DNA of 64,000 nucleotides from positions 206,214,001 through 206,278,000 of the forward strand of contig NC_058368.1 of NCBI RefSeq assembly GCF_018350175.1, read 5' to 3'. Below are positions 38,200 to 51,475 of this stretch, in pieces. Within the stretch, counting starts at the first letter, position 1, and each line of letters starts with the position of its first letter. The notes under the pieces were generated by a model, which was not told where the DNA came from, did not search any database, and saw only the letters and a list, made by a program, of their open reading frames with translations. This stretch comes from Felis catus (Eukaryota). The translations under genes and the position numbers were made by a program.

Positions 38200-38700
38200 T
38201 CTGTTTTTATTATGCATATGAAAATCAGGGGATCTTGTTGAAATGCAGGTTATGATTCAGCAGGTAGAGAGGGAGTGCAGAGCTGAGAATCTGTTGAATG
38301 CTGATGCTTGTGCCACTGGTCCACAGATCATACTTTGAGTAGCAAAGTCCTGGAGCAGTGGTTCTCAACCTTGACTGTATACTGGAGTCACCTAGAAAGC
38401 CTTAAAGAATGTTCATACCTGGGTGCCATGCCTTTGACATGGGCTGTGGGCTTGGCATCAGGCTTTAAAAATAAGTCTCCCTAGAGGCCCCTGGGGGCTC
38501 AGCTGGTTAAGTGTCCGACTCTTTGATCTCGGTCAGGTCATGATCTCACGGTTTGTGAGTTTGAACGCCTCGTGCTTGGGATTCTGTCTCTCCCTCTCTC
38601 TGCCCCTCCCCTGCTCTCACCTGCTCTCGCAAAATAAATAAATAAACTTAAAAAAAAAATCTCCCTGGATGATTCTAAATGCAACCAGAATTGAGAACTC
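38200..38700. mobile_element. MER5-like hAT fragments with a SINEC (38485-38660)
   Basis: gatcttgttgaaatgcaggttatgattcagcaggt; cagtggttctcaacctt...ttgagaac. Confidence 0.6.
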
Positions 38701-39499
38701 CTGCTTTCCAGAGGGTGGCATTACAAGGAACTTCCAACATCATATATTTCCAACAGTGTCTGAAATCTTTACCAATACTATGTTAACTTGGATGCAAACA
38801 AAACAAAACAAAAAGGAAGATGGATCAGAAGAAAATAAGGGGGAAAGAAAAAAAAAGGAAAGTATGGGAAGAAGGAAGGGGGAGAAGGAGGGAAGAGGAT
38901 GAGAAGAAGAAAGGCTCTTCTTGGCCAAATAAGTAAAGCACTTTGCTTCTCAATCAAATTTCCTGAAGTGTCCACTTCCTCACTTTCCATTAACACCTTG
39001 ACCCTGTTCAGCTTGGCTTCTGTGCCTTTATCTCCCTAAAACTGAACTGACACCGAGCACACAAGGCAAGGGCACATGTCTCAGTTCTTACCTTACTGGT
39101 CTTGCTGAGGTATTTGACACTATTAGCCACCACTGGAAGAGATCCCACAGACCTGAAGCAACATGCTGGCACTCATCATATTACTATGCTGTTTTTCTTC
39201 TTTCTTGTGAGCTACAAAAGAGAATAGCAAATTGTGAATGATTTTTGGTTATCGTTAAGCTTTTTCAAAGCTCTTGCAAAAAATTCTGCATTCAAAATCA
39301 CTATGTCCAACCTAAAAAAGAGAATTAAAAAGGGCCAAAGCATTTTTTCCCTCTTTGAAGTAAGCTCTCAACACTAGGGACAAAATTCGACAGGTCTGCT
39401 TTCTCATACAAGAGTTGAGGGGGGAGTAGGTGAGCCCACGACCAAACAGACACTTGTAAAAAAGAAGAAACATTTTTCACAAAGAACTTGCGGCAGTTC

Positions 39500-40400
39500 A
39501 AGTCCTTCACGACGCATAGACTAAGATAGCATTCAAGCGCAGGGAAAACCTGCGAAGCAAAAGAGCAGGAGTGGGCAAGAAGGGTGTCCCACCACCCTGC
39601 AGGTCTGACATCTGGAAGGCAAAACGAGGGAGCAGGACTTGGTTGGGGGCAGCAGTTGGGGCAGGCTGGGGGGAGAGCATCAGACCACGGTGCAGCTCAG
39701 AGAAAGTCTCAGAACCCAGAGCGGACAGAGGTGGCCCGCTGGAGCGCCCCCGCGTGGGGAGGACCCGCCCGGCTCTAGCTCCCCTGCCCTGCAGAGTCAC
39801 TGGCTGAGAGCAGCCGGCCCGCGTGTGCTTTGGGGAATCCTGCAGTGGACCCTCAGGCAGCACAGGTGGATCCGCGGTGAGCGGAGAACCGAGCAGCACA
39901 CCCCATGGCTGCCCAGGACCCAAACTATATGGGCAGTTCTTCGGGTAGTTTTCAGTATGATTGGGACAGCAGAATAATCTTTGACAGGTCTTCCTCTTAG
40001 CTTCTGAAACTTTCATCTCATTCCTGATCTTCTTAAAAGCATCCAAAGTAGGTCCAGTCTAAAAGCAAGGAAATTGGCCCCGATTTGATAAAATGCCCAA
40101 GACAGACTGCGCTGTCCTCTGGAAACACACCCCAGCCAGGGTTTAAACCACACCCCTCTTGGCTCTCCTCCATCTGGTCCTCCTCCTGGCGCTCTGTTCC
40201 TGTTGGGATGGGATTTGAAGTACTAATTAATATGCTTTTTTATTAAGAGTTTTTCCTCCTCTCTTACCTCATCCCTTAACCCAATCCGGCCATGAAAAGT
40301 GGGACAGACATTAAAAGTACACAGTATTCAAATCTCTCTTCGGGTTGTATTGCTCATCCGCGGGGCCCAGAGGTGGGAGTGGGGAATTTGCCAAGAACTG
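39500..40400. promoter_or_regulatory. Intergenic GC/CpG-enriched element with a CTCF-like motif (39742-39757, minus strand)
   Basis: Local CpG retention in non-repeat sequence; CCACGCGGGGGCGCTC and GC-box-like CCCGCCC. Confidence 0.55.
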
Positions 40401-41124
40401 GGGGTAGGGAGCAAGGACCAGTCTGGGGGACACACACACAACATCTCAGTATCCTGACTATTCTCCTTTCTCTCTGCTTTTCCATCCCAGAGAAGTTTAT
40501 CTAGTTTGTGAGGCCTAGAGACATGGGAGTGTCAAATCAAGACCCAAGCCCAAAATCATCTGCATTAATCCCTAGCAAAGTCATTTTGCCATTAGTGAAA
40601 GAATAATATGATCTATACTGGTGACATTGGACAAGAGGAAGAAAGGGCCGAGGCTTGATGCGAAAAAAAAGTCATGTCTTAGCCATGCAGCAAAGAGAAA
40701 GAAGCACATTTTGAAAAGTAAAAGGACATTTTTAAATTTAATCAGGTACAAAACTTGCAGACAAAATGTGAAGTGTTAGATATAGAAACCTATAGGTAGA
40801 ACAGAACAGTCCTAATGTTAAATGGCTAAAACTTTTTACCTCATTATCACCTCCTTCCAACAGCTCTTAAGTGCACAATTTTCCAGCAGGAGATGAACAA
40901 TGAATTTAATGAGAATGATAAATGAAGGGAAATTACCCCAGACCGGATTCCTGGTCCAGATGAAAATTTCTTTCTCTGAGCACCTGAAAACGGGTTTGCA
41001 GCCTGGGCCCTCTCTGGGTTTTTCAGAATGTGGCCCCAGGATCTTCTGCCTCAGTGGGAGTCCCTGTTAAAAGGCCATTCCTCAGGCTTACCCCAGACTT
41101 ACTGAGCCAATCTGTAATACACAA

Positions 41125-41126
<2 letters not shown>

Positions 41127-41159
<33 letters not shown>

Positions 41160-42083
41160 TATTATTTTTTTTTAACGTTTATTTTTTTTTTTGAGACAGA
41201 GAGAGACAGAGCATGAGTGGGGGAAGGCCAGAGAGAGAGGGAGACACAGAATCTGAAACAGGCTCCAGGTTCTGAGCTGTCAGCACAGAGCCCGACGCGG
41301 GGCTTGAACTCACGGATTGAGAGATCATGACCTGAGCCGGAGTCGGACGCATAACGGACTGAGCCACCCAGGCGCCCCTGTAATACACAATTTTAACAAC
41401 CATGTTGGGTGATTGTTATGCATGCTCATGTTATACAATCACTACTTCTGAATTTAAGGAAACTTGCCAAAAGAGTGTGAAGAATGCTAATACCTGGGAT
41501 AAGGGAATAGTCTAGTTTGTATTTCTATTATAGAATAATAGAAAACATTATGGCCCTTGTGTATAATTTAGGATCAGGAGCAGACAATACCCTGATCACA
41601 GCAGCAACCTTATTTTATTTTATTTTATTTTTTTAAATTTTTTTTTCCAACGTTTATTTATTTTTCAGACAGAGAGAGACAGAGCACGAACGGGGGAGGG
41701 GCAGAGAGAGAGGGAGACACAGAATCGGAAACAGGCTCCAGGCTCTGAGCCATCAGCCCAGAGCCTGACGCGGGGCTCGAACTCACGGACCGCGAGATCG
41801 TGACCTGGCTGAAGTCGGACGCTCAACTGACTGCGCCACCCAGGCGCCCCTACCTTATTTTATTTAAAAGTTTTTAAGGTTTTTATTTATTTTTGAAAGA
41901 GAAAGAAACAGAGCATGAGTGGGGGAGGGGCAGAGAGAAAGAGGGAGAGACAGAATCGGAAGTAGGCTCCAGGCTCTGAGCTGTCAGCACAGAGCCCAAC
42001 ACAGGGTTCAAACTTGGGAACAGCGAGATCATGACCTAGGCTGAAATCAGATGCTCTGCTGATGGAGCCACCCAGGTGCCCCT
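41127..42083 (-). mobile_element. Three antisense SINEC copies (41127-41378 with (TAT)n tail; 41625-41850; 41872-42083)
   Basis: First copy has TSD CTGTAATACACAATTTTA. Confidence 0.9.
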
Positions 42084-43520
42084 GGGCCTCTGATGTTCTT
42101 GATATTCTATGATATTTAGGCAAAGTGCTGCTTCTTCTCTTCTTCCTGGATGCATGGCCACCCACCTGGTGACTGCATTTCCCAGCCTCCTTTCCAGCTA
42201 CATGTGGCCATATGACCAAGTGTGGGCCAATGGAATGTGATTGAAAGACAGTACACAATTTCAAATCATCCCTAACTTAAGTCAGGCTACTCTCTGGAAT
42301 ATGGCTTTTCTCACATTCTGTGAATTGCATCAAGGTAACGAGAGTGACTTCAATCATACGGAAAAGGACAATGTCCAAAGAAATGGAGTAACAAGGTGGT
42401 AGGAACTTAGTTCTTGATGAGCCCTGTGGAGAAGAGCTGCTCCATCAGCTTAGACAGACTGTATTGTTATATACACGAAGGAAAAATTAGCTCCCATATA
42501 ATTTAAGCCACTATATTTTTTGCCTTGCCTTTGCTATCACAACTTACTTAGGCTTTACCCTAACAAACACTAAGAACTACCCTTGAGCAATTACCACTTA
42601 GAAGCACCCATTAAATCAGATTTCTAAATCCTTGGCAGTCAGTGTCATGTTTATCTTCCCCAACAGACACTTTGCTTACATGGACCCTATATAGCAAACA
42701 TCAGAAAGGGAGCTATACCTTACCAAGAAGGAGACTATAAAAAATTCTAAGACATAAAGAAATGCAGAAGGTCACCATGCATGTAGGTAAAACACAGATT
42801 TATGAGGATAGTGTGATTTATGAGGCAGCTTTGTCCCTATGGCCAGACTTTGTATGACATTGGAATATACTCCTTTCCAGCATCTCAACAAAGAACACAC
42901 TTTTTCAATGTTTTTTACAAAAGGTAATCTTTATTGGTTTTCTTGTAAAAAATATAAATTGACTTAAGGTGTTTAAGAAAGGATTTTCAGGTGTTGAAAG
43001 AGGCGTCATTGGGTAGACTCTTCAATCTGCTAACAGCAACAACAAAAAAAGCCAAGTACAAATTGAATGCTCTCAATTTAGTAAATGACACACATATAAA
43101 CAAGTGGTTCTGAATTTTTGCACATTTGACTTATAACACTTGAACTTGTGCATTATACAAAGATGCCTTTAACTATATTTCATGTCCTGAATTCAGACTT
43201 TCTTAAGTCTGGAAAACCAATATTTTATACTATTTATACTGCCTGTCCCAAAACAGACTATATTTATACTGCCTGTCCCAAAACAAACTAGACTATTCCC
43301 TTATTTGATTTTGCCACATTCAACCATAGCATAGACTTGAATATGTAACTGAGTGCTGTCTATAAATATACACAAATAGAAAAAATTTATGAAAATCTTA
43401 TTAGTGAATCAGAGGGCTACATTACCCTCTGAGTTAAGAGACTGCAGACTATTTTTATATTCCTTTGTCTATTTTTGCATTTTCAAAACTATATATAATT
43501 AGCTTATAGGTTTTTTGTGG

Positions 43521-44531
43521 GTTTTTTTCATTTTATTTATTTTAGAGACAGAGCACAAGAGTGAGAGGGGGAGAGGGGCAGAGGGAGAGAGAATCTTTTT
43601 TTTTCTTTTTATTTAAATCCAAGTTAGTTAACATGTAGTGTAATAATGGTTTCAGGAGTAGAATTTAGTGATTCATCATTTACATATAATGTCCAGTGCT
43701 CATCACAACAAGTGTGCTCCCAAGTGCCCATCACCCTTTAGCCCATCCCCCCACCCACCTCCCCTCCAGCAACCCTCACTTTGTTCTCTGTATTTAAGAG
43801 TCTCTTATGGTTTGCCTCCCGCTCTGTTTTTATCTTATTTTCCTTTCCTTCCCTTATGTCCATCTGTTTTGTTTCTTAAATTCCTCATGAGTGAAATCAT
43901 ATGGTATCTTTCTCTGACTTATTTCACTTAGCATAATACCCTCCAGTTCCATCCACGTTGTTGCAAATGGCAAGATTTCATTCTTTTTGATCTCTGAGTA
44001 ATATTCCATTGTGTATATATACTACATCTTCTTTATCCATTTGTCAGTTGATGGGCATTTGGGCTCTTTCCATAATTTGGCTATTGTTGATAGTGCTACT
44101 ATAAACATTGGGGGGGGGGGGCATATGACTCTTTGAATCAGCATTTTTGTATCTGTTGGATAAATACCTAGTAGTTCAATTGCTGGCTCGTAGGGTAGCT
44201 CTATTTTTAATTTTGTGAGGAAACTCCATACTGTTTTCCAGAGTGGCTGCACCAGTTTGCATTCCCACCAACAGTGCAAAAGAGTTCCACTTTTCTGCGT
44301 CCTCACCAACATCTGTAGTTTCTCGAGTGGTTAATTTTAGCCATTCTGACAGGTGAGAGGTGGTATCTCACTGTGGTTTTGATATGTATTTCCCAAGAGG
44401 AAGATAATCTTAAGTAGGTTCCATGCTCAGCACAGAGTCCGATGAAGGGCTCGATCCCACAACCCTGGGATCATGACTTGAGCTGAAATCAGGAGTCGGA
44501 CGCTCAACTGACTGAGCCACCCAGGCACCCC
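43521..44531 (-). mobile_element. SINEC split by a 5'-truncated carnivore L1 (about 43598-44394)
   Basis: SINE halves at 43521-43597 and 44395-44531; L1 ORF2 end [17 protein letters not shown] on the minus strand. Confidence 0.88.
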
Positions 44532-44733
44532 AATGAGCTTATAGTTTTATAATAAAGAGGAAACAGACTTATAGGGTCTCACAACTATAGTAGGATTTCT
44601 CATTCTCTTTCCATGTCTCCTCAGTTCCTGCTCCAATGCCTTACACATAATATATGCTCAATAAATAAGTGCAAGAGAAGGAAGAAGGGAGAAAAGAGAA
44701 AAGGAAGGAAGAATGAAATGGAAAGGGAGAAAT

Positions 44734-45189
44734 CTGTTAAGTGCCATCTGTTTGCCCCTCCAGGTTCACTCTCCACCTTGCTCTGAACCCTAAGACTGAT
44801 CAACATGAACTGGCTAAGTGGGTTCCTTGTTTCCTGGTTTCTGGTTGGCTTTGGCCAAGGGAATGCACCATCAGATCGGGTGTGGAATAAATATTTATTC
44901 CCCGGAATTACTCCCTGTGGGTCACTGTAGCCTGCTGTCCCCCTCAACCAGCCAGACCCAAGACCCTTCCTACACAGCTCTTCTGACTGGAGAAAGCACT
45001 GACCCCTTCTCTCCCTTCAGATCTTGGGGTGACAACGTGCCTCACACTCACATCCAGTGTGCTGCCCTCTCTTTTACACTGTTTATACCTCTTGTCCAGT
45101 CCTTTATAAATAGTCCCATTATTAAACTCTCCTAAAGGTGTCCGATTTGAATGAACCACATATGTATAGTCATGACCCAAACTGACACA
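44734..45189 (+). mobile_element. LTR33-like ERVL solo LTR
   Basis: TG...CA ends; ataaatagtcccattattaaactctcc...ctgacaca terminus resembles recalled LTR33. Confidence 0.65.
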
Positions 45190-45745
45190 GAATCTGTTGG
45201 TGACAAAGAGCCCAACAAGTTCTCTCCTCCAATAACTAATCTTGAAGAAATGTTCAGAAGAACATTTTTAAAACATCACTAATATTGCTCATTTCAAAAG
45301 TTTAAACAACAAAAAGATTATTTTCATTGAGAAGCTCCACTTTAACATCAAAGATTTTGTAGTCATGATAGTTATGCTTTTTCTCTTGAAAAGACAAATA
45401 GAAAAATCTACATGCATAGTCCCTTCTTTCTTCATCCTTTCAATAACCTTTAGAGATTTAGCACCCTCTAAATACTCCATATTAATTGCTTAAAACAGGC
45501 ACAAATGAAGGATACCTATTATAGTATGAGAATGTTCTCAGAGATTAGTTATTCCTTTTTAAAGATCATTTCTTAACTATGCATCAATATGATTTTTTTC
45601 CCTTGGTGTCCTTGAAGGCAAAAAAGAAAAAAAAAACCCAGGAAAGACAAGCAGGGTTATTTTAGTACTTAAAAATTAGTATTAATTTTTTAAAAATCAA
45701 AATCCAAAAACCAGAGGTCTTAATCCAATTTACAAATCTTATTAT

Positions 45746-45751
45746 TTTATT
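45746..45751 (-). terminator. CARD6: Candidate CARD6 poly(A) signal
   Basis: Minus-strand AATAAA about 970 nt after the stop, followed by U/GU-rich GGTTTTTGGATTTTGATTTTT; other AATAAA hexamers exist nearby (e.g. 46491). Confidence 0.45.
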
Positions 45752-46720
45752 TCTACATCTAGTGAATTTTAACATGAATCTTTAAAGTGACCTTTTAATA
45801 ATATTTGATGTCATTTACAATTAAACTTTGCTTAAATATTCTAAATTTAATACATTCCTTTTACTTATCCTTCTAATTAGCAGAACTTACCTGTATGTTT
45901 AGGATAATAATGAATCCAATGAATTAAAATTGTAAATTTTGTAAATCTTAAGTTCTGTTAAACATTGCAATGCTTTTTACAAGCTTTGTAAACCTATCTT
46001 AATCTTTTCAACTTAAAAAGTCACAACTCTAAAATTAAAAACTCAAGTATACATTTTAAGTTGGAATCTTGAGGACAATGTATAATATCCTCTAATAAGC
46101 CAAATTATCTTAACTATTACAAACATTTTAAGTATAAAACATAGTCAAATCATACCCAAGTTAATGCAAAATAATTTATATCATTGGTTGTTAGTTCATT
46201 ATTTCTATATGTAAGGGTCAAATGAGAGAGTTATATTATCCAAGCAAATTGGAACTATTATCACAAGTAAGTTGATTTAAACATCCCCCAAACAAACAAG
46301 GTTATCTGCTTAGTGGCTGATATTGACCACAAACTTTTGACCAAGACACCTCTGGAGCATCCAGCATTTAGAGCAATTTTTGTTCCAACAATCAGGCAGC
46401 CTGAGCCTTATTTTATGGGGTGGTCTCAACAGCCCCATTCCTCGGATTCAGGTTATATATCACCTAATACTCAGGGTTGGATTTAGTTCATTTATTTACT
46501 CCTCGATTCTACTCCTAATTGTTTCATATTTTTCCTGTTGGGAAAAATCATTCTTACAAATGTTTTAATGATACCGTTTAGGTTGTGTATATCTTTTCTT
46601 TTTCTGTGTCATGCTAATAATAGTGGTCTCTTACCATGACTACCACTCTTCTTTAGGTTACCACATGATAGCAATGGTCTGGGTTAAGGATATGTTTCAT
46701 AGGTCTCTAGAGTAAGCACT

Positions 46721-48966
46721 TTAATGTTTCCCAGGCTTCTTGGGCCCTGCTCTTGCATGGTATGCCTTAGCCTGTGCAGGACTAGTCTTAGATGACTTGG
46801 GTTGAGTGGCCCTGGGCTGAGAAGGCTTACACTGGGAGAACTGGGATGGGCATGGTTTGGGCTGAGTGGGTTTGGGTGGACAAGGTTTAGAGTGGGAGGG
46901 GTGGCACTCAGTGGGTTTTGTTTGAGTGGGTTTGGGTTGAGAGGGCACAGGTTGAGAGTGTTTGACCTGGGATGGCTTGGGCTGACTGGGTTTGAACTGA
47001 GAGCTGGGTAAACATTTGCTATTGGACCTTTGGAAGGCTGGATTTAAAGGCCCATCCTGTGTCTTCAGTTTGGCTCCTTGATGAGAGGCAGGCCTTAAAG
47101 GGTTTTTTGTGGCTCCTGCTGGTTGAAAGGCCTGAGGGTAAAAACCTTCAATATGGGATGTTGTTTTCATAGGTTTCCCAGGTGCCCTTGGTGGCTGTGT
47201 TCTATGGGTGTAACCTTGCTTAGGCTGTGGCTTCCCAGCTGCTTCTGCTGGCTGCAGACCTAGGGAGTGGGAGTGACCTACCTGGGAGACCACTACCCCA
47301 GACCTTTCAAGAGCTCCTGTTGTCTGTGGTCTCCTGGACCAGGCACGTACATGCTGAGACACAGGTCTTGGTAGTCCTCCAATTGTTTTAGTCATAGGAT
47401 GTCCCAAAGCAGTTCTTGAAAATTTCGTGAATCTTTCAGGTGAATAAAATCTCTGGGGCTGGAAGTACCGAAACCCAAAACTTTTACCTCGACCATAGGC
47501 CCTTGTTTTCTGAAAGGGCCAGGGACGGAACCACTTAGACCTCTGCTCTGACCAAAAGTGGGAGCCCGTAACCCAGGGGGCTTTCAAAGAAACGTGGCTA
47601 AAGTTCCCTCCAATTCTGGTTGGTAAAGGACAGTTTTCCAGACGAGGCACGAATCCTGGGAGGAGGTAGAAATTCTGGAGATTCTGGCTAGCCCCAGATT
47701 CTCCAGGCATCACAGCTGGGCTTTCACATGAGCTTTCTGACTGACTGGGTCTTTGTTGTCTCTCATCTTTAGCTGTTCCAGACAAATTTTCACTAGGGGG
47801 GGTTTGAATCCCCTGAACATTCTCAAAGTCTTGGTCTACCTGGATTCCCAACTCCCTGGCCAGGGAGCCCATGTCCTCCACAGACACACATCTGAGCGAA
47901 GAGGACATCACTTCCTGGAGAGCAGCTTGAAGACCCTCAATATTCTTCCCTCTCTCCCCAGGTGCCTCCCCCTTCCAAAACAGTAGCTGTGATGGCTTCA
48001 ACTTCAGAGTCGTCTGGAAAAGCTGTGTCTCTTCACTCTCCTGGGCCTGGGGACTGAGGACAAAGTAGAATCTCTCGGTGGCAGCTTCTCCTAAAAACAT
48101 TAGCAAGTCCCACTCCTTCTCACCTAGGTAGTCAGTGAAAAAAAACACAGCTGAGGAAACTTCCACCAAGAAACCAAACTGTGTCCAAAAACTTTCTAGA
48201 TCTCCACGAAGGTTGGCCAGAGCAACAGGCTTTTGGAAAACACTAGGATTTTCCATTAGACCATCGCTATCAGGAAAATGCCACATTATCTCTACCAGGC
48301 CGTCAGAGATCTGCCGGGGAAACACCGGGCCAGTAAAATCCTGATGGAGAAAGACTTTGTGTGATTTTAGTTGGTCAGAGACAAGCAGTGTGTTGAGGAT
48401 TCTGGACTTGGAGAAGCTACAGTATCCTAGGCGCACAAAAGAGATGACAGGCATCTTCATGAGAGTCAGGCACTTTTCTGTATCCCCTGTAGGCCCTCCT
48501 GAAGATTGTGCTGACCACTTCTTCACAATGCCCTTCATGGCCCCCAGCATTAAGATGCTTTTGTTGTTTTCTGCATCTGGCAGGAGCAGGGGAAGAGCAA
48601 ACCGGCACTGATACATGTTTGACATGACCTCGCGTTGCAACGAGCTGTCTGAACAGAGCATAGATGCACAAAGAACATCAAAGGGATTAATGGTTTGTAT
48701 GTCTCTAATTTCCAAATTCTCTACTCCAGTCAGCAGTTCCTCTTTGTTACCCTCACCCAGGACCTTGTGTCTGAGGATTGTATCTCTGGCCGTGACATCC
48801 AGCGCTTGAACTTTCATCAGGAAATTCCAGGCTAAGTCTCCTGGAGTCTCAGGTGTCCACATACATCCTCGATCTAAGGAGAATTGTTTAACAACATCTG
48901 GCAGAAGCTTTCTGCTCCTATCCATGTTCAAACATGACAGGACATCTTTAAATACCTTTTTTCTTT
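46721..48966 (-). CDS. CARD6: CARD6 coding exon 3 (URGCP/VLIG-like region and Pro/Gln/Ser/Lys-rich tail)
   Basis: CAG acceptor, phase 1; (E)RKKVFKDVLSCLNMDRSRKLLPD...GPKKPGKH*; 2246 nt open; the three exons sum to 3087 nt = 1028 aa plus stop. Confidence 0.97.
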
Positions 48967-49540
48967 CTGTAGGGAAAAAGATACTCAGTGAATGTCACAT
49001 TCAGAATCTAAGCTACCTTCATTGACTTTTAAAATTAAGTGAGTAATTGACTTTTTCGTTGTAAGAAGATGGAACGATACAAATATAGTGAAAGTTCCTT
49101 TTTGCCAGTCTGCCAATTCCATTTTCCTTCTAAGAGATGCCAATATGTTACGTATATTTGCTTCCCATCCTTCTTCTATGCAAGTATATAGGTAATGCAT
49201 GAACACAGAGAAATATATCATTTGGTTCAGTGGATGCTATTTTATTTTTACATAAATCATATCATCCTAAATAAATGATTCTTCGACTTCGTTTCACTCA
49301 ATGGTATTCTTTGCAAATTCTTCTAAGTCAGTTCATACACAGACTGACTTAATTCATTTTTAGCTAATCCATCGTACTTCATGATTTGGACGGACCATTA
49401 CTTATTTAACCATTGTCTACTGATGGTCATTTAGGTTTTCCAATTTTTTGGCTAATGTTTGTATGCAATGATGAAAAACCTTGCTAATATTCCATGATAT
49501 GCACACGTGTATGAGGAATTCTCTAGGATGATACTGATTT

Positions 49541-50060
49541 GTTTTTTTAATATTTTTTAATGTTTGTTTATTTTTCAGAGACAGTGTGTACAGGGGAGGG
49601 GCAGAAAGAGGGAGACAGAGGATTCAAAGTAGGCTCCATGCTGTGAGCACAGAGCCAGATGCAAGGCTTGAACTCAAGAACGGTGAGATTATGACATGAG
49701 CCGAAATCAAGAGTCTGGTGCTTAACTGACTGAGCCACCCAGGCACCCCGATACTGGTTTCTTTTTCTTTCTTGCTTGCTTTCTTGCTTTCTCTTTCTCT
49801 TTCTCTTTCTCTTTCTCTTTCTCTTTCTCTCTTTCTGGTTTTTAATTTCTTTTTTTAATGTTTATTTATTTTTGAGAGAGAGACAGACAGAGGATGAGTG
49901 GGGAGGGCAGAGAGAGAGACAGAGAGACACAGAATCCGAACCAGGCTGCAGGCTCTGAGCTGTCATCACAGAGCCTGACACTGGCTCCAACTCACAAACC
50001 CCAAGATCATGACCTGAGCCAAAGCTCGACCCTTAACTGACTGAGCCACCCAGGTGCTCC
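49541..50060 (-). mobile_element. Two antisense SINECs flanking a (CTTTCT)n tract
   Basis: SINE bodies at about 49541-49749 and 49845-50060. Confidence 0.88.
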
Positions 50061-50869
50061 TGATTTCTTTCTTAAATGTATCTCTTGTTACAGTTTGGAG
50101 AAATGAAAGATTTTATGTCCATTAAAGTTTCCTCAGAATTTATGTGCTGTACCTACTTTCTCTTAATCTCCCATTTCCTAAAATACCTCCTAACCACTTC
50201 TTGGGAATACAGAGATAGTGCTTAGAGAAGAAGGTCAGAGAGCACTTTTTTTTACTCCTGGTAGTATTTACTCCTGGCAAACAAGCATAAGCTTCTTGGA
50301 TCCCCTATAAAATTAGCCTGGTAAGAAACAACAGAAGTGAGAGAAAGGTATGGATTTCAAGGATTAACAAAGATAACTAAGAAATCCTTGGACAGTCTAA
50401 AAGTTGCTTCAGGTGGAATATGTGTTGGGCTAAGAAGGTAAGGGAGGAGTTGGGGCTAGTAAAAAGGGTTCCCAGGGGAGGCAGTAAGAGGCTAGGTTTC
50501 AGGAAAGCTTTTAGGTCCTGCTCTTGCCTATCACCTATTTTGCCTTTGGACAACAATCCTCTGTTTCTTCAGCACAAAAACTGGTACCCACACAGCCCAG
50601 GCCAAGTAGTGACAAGGTAAGGACTTGTTAGTCTTTCCTGACTACTACAGAGCTCATCTGGATACCATACCCAGAAGCAACAGAGTAAACAAATCTTATA
50701 CAGAGCAACAATGATACAATCAACAAGCACAAAAATGGATAAAAAGAAAAAAAGTTAAGAAGCAATAATATCTAGAACCCAATATATGTTTGTAAACTTA
50801 AAATTTATGAAAATACCCCAGCTAAGGCAAAAAGAAATGATTTTAGCTGCCACCTACTGAAAGGAGATT

Positions 50870-51475
50870 CTTGAATTTGAGTCCAATGTATAAAGCCTTA
50901 GAACCAATGGAAGAGTAATAAAAACTTTAACATATATGTACTTGAAGTGTCAGAAAGAGAGGAGGGAACAAGTGGGACAGAAATATATATTTAGATAAAT
51001 AATGGCTAAAGATTTTCCAAATTTGGTTAAAAATTTTTTTACAGATTCTGCAAATCCTAAGGGGGATAAAAACAAAGAAAATCATATCTAACTATATAAG
51101 AGTCAACTGCTAAAAAAAATTTTTTTTAAGTAGAAAAATAACACTTACAGGGAACAATGATAAAATAACTGTAGACTTAGCATCAGAAACAATGGAAGCC
51201 AAAAGACAGGAATGGCATCCATAAAGTGCTGAAGGCAGAAAACCTGTCAATCTATAATTCAATATCTAGCAAAAATATCCTTCTGGAATGAAGGCAAAAT
51301 AAAGACATTTCTCAATAAGCAAAAAATAAGAGAATTTCCCACTAATGGACCTACACTAAAAGAAATTTAAAAATAATAATAATAAATAAAAATTCTTCAG
51401 GCTAAACGGAAACAACATCACATTAAATCTTAGGTCTTCAGGAAGAAAGGGCACAGGAAACGGTAAATATATGGG
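50870..51475 (+). mobile_element. Ancient L1M ORF1 remnant
   Basis: cagaaacaatggaagccaaaagacag...ctgtcaatctataattcaatatctagcaaaaatatccttc...gaaggcaaaataaagacatt. Confidence 0.75.

Noticed and set aside
39507..40046. 179-aa minus-strand ORF
   Set aside because: GC-rich, Pro/Gly/Arg-biased, no recognisable homology or splice structure
46802..48809. Antisense and alternative-frame ORFs within CARD6 exon 3
   Set aside because: Shadow ORFs of a real coding exon
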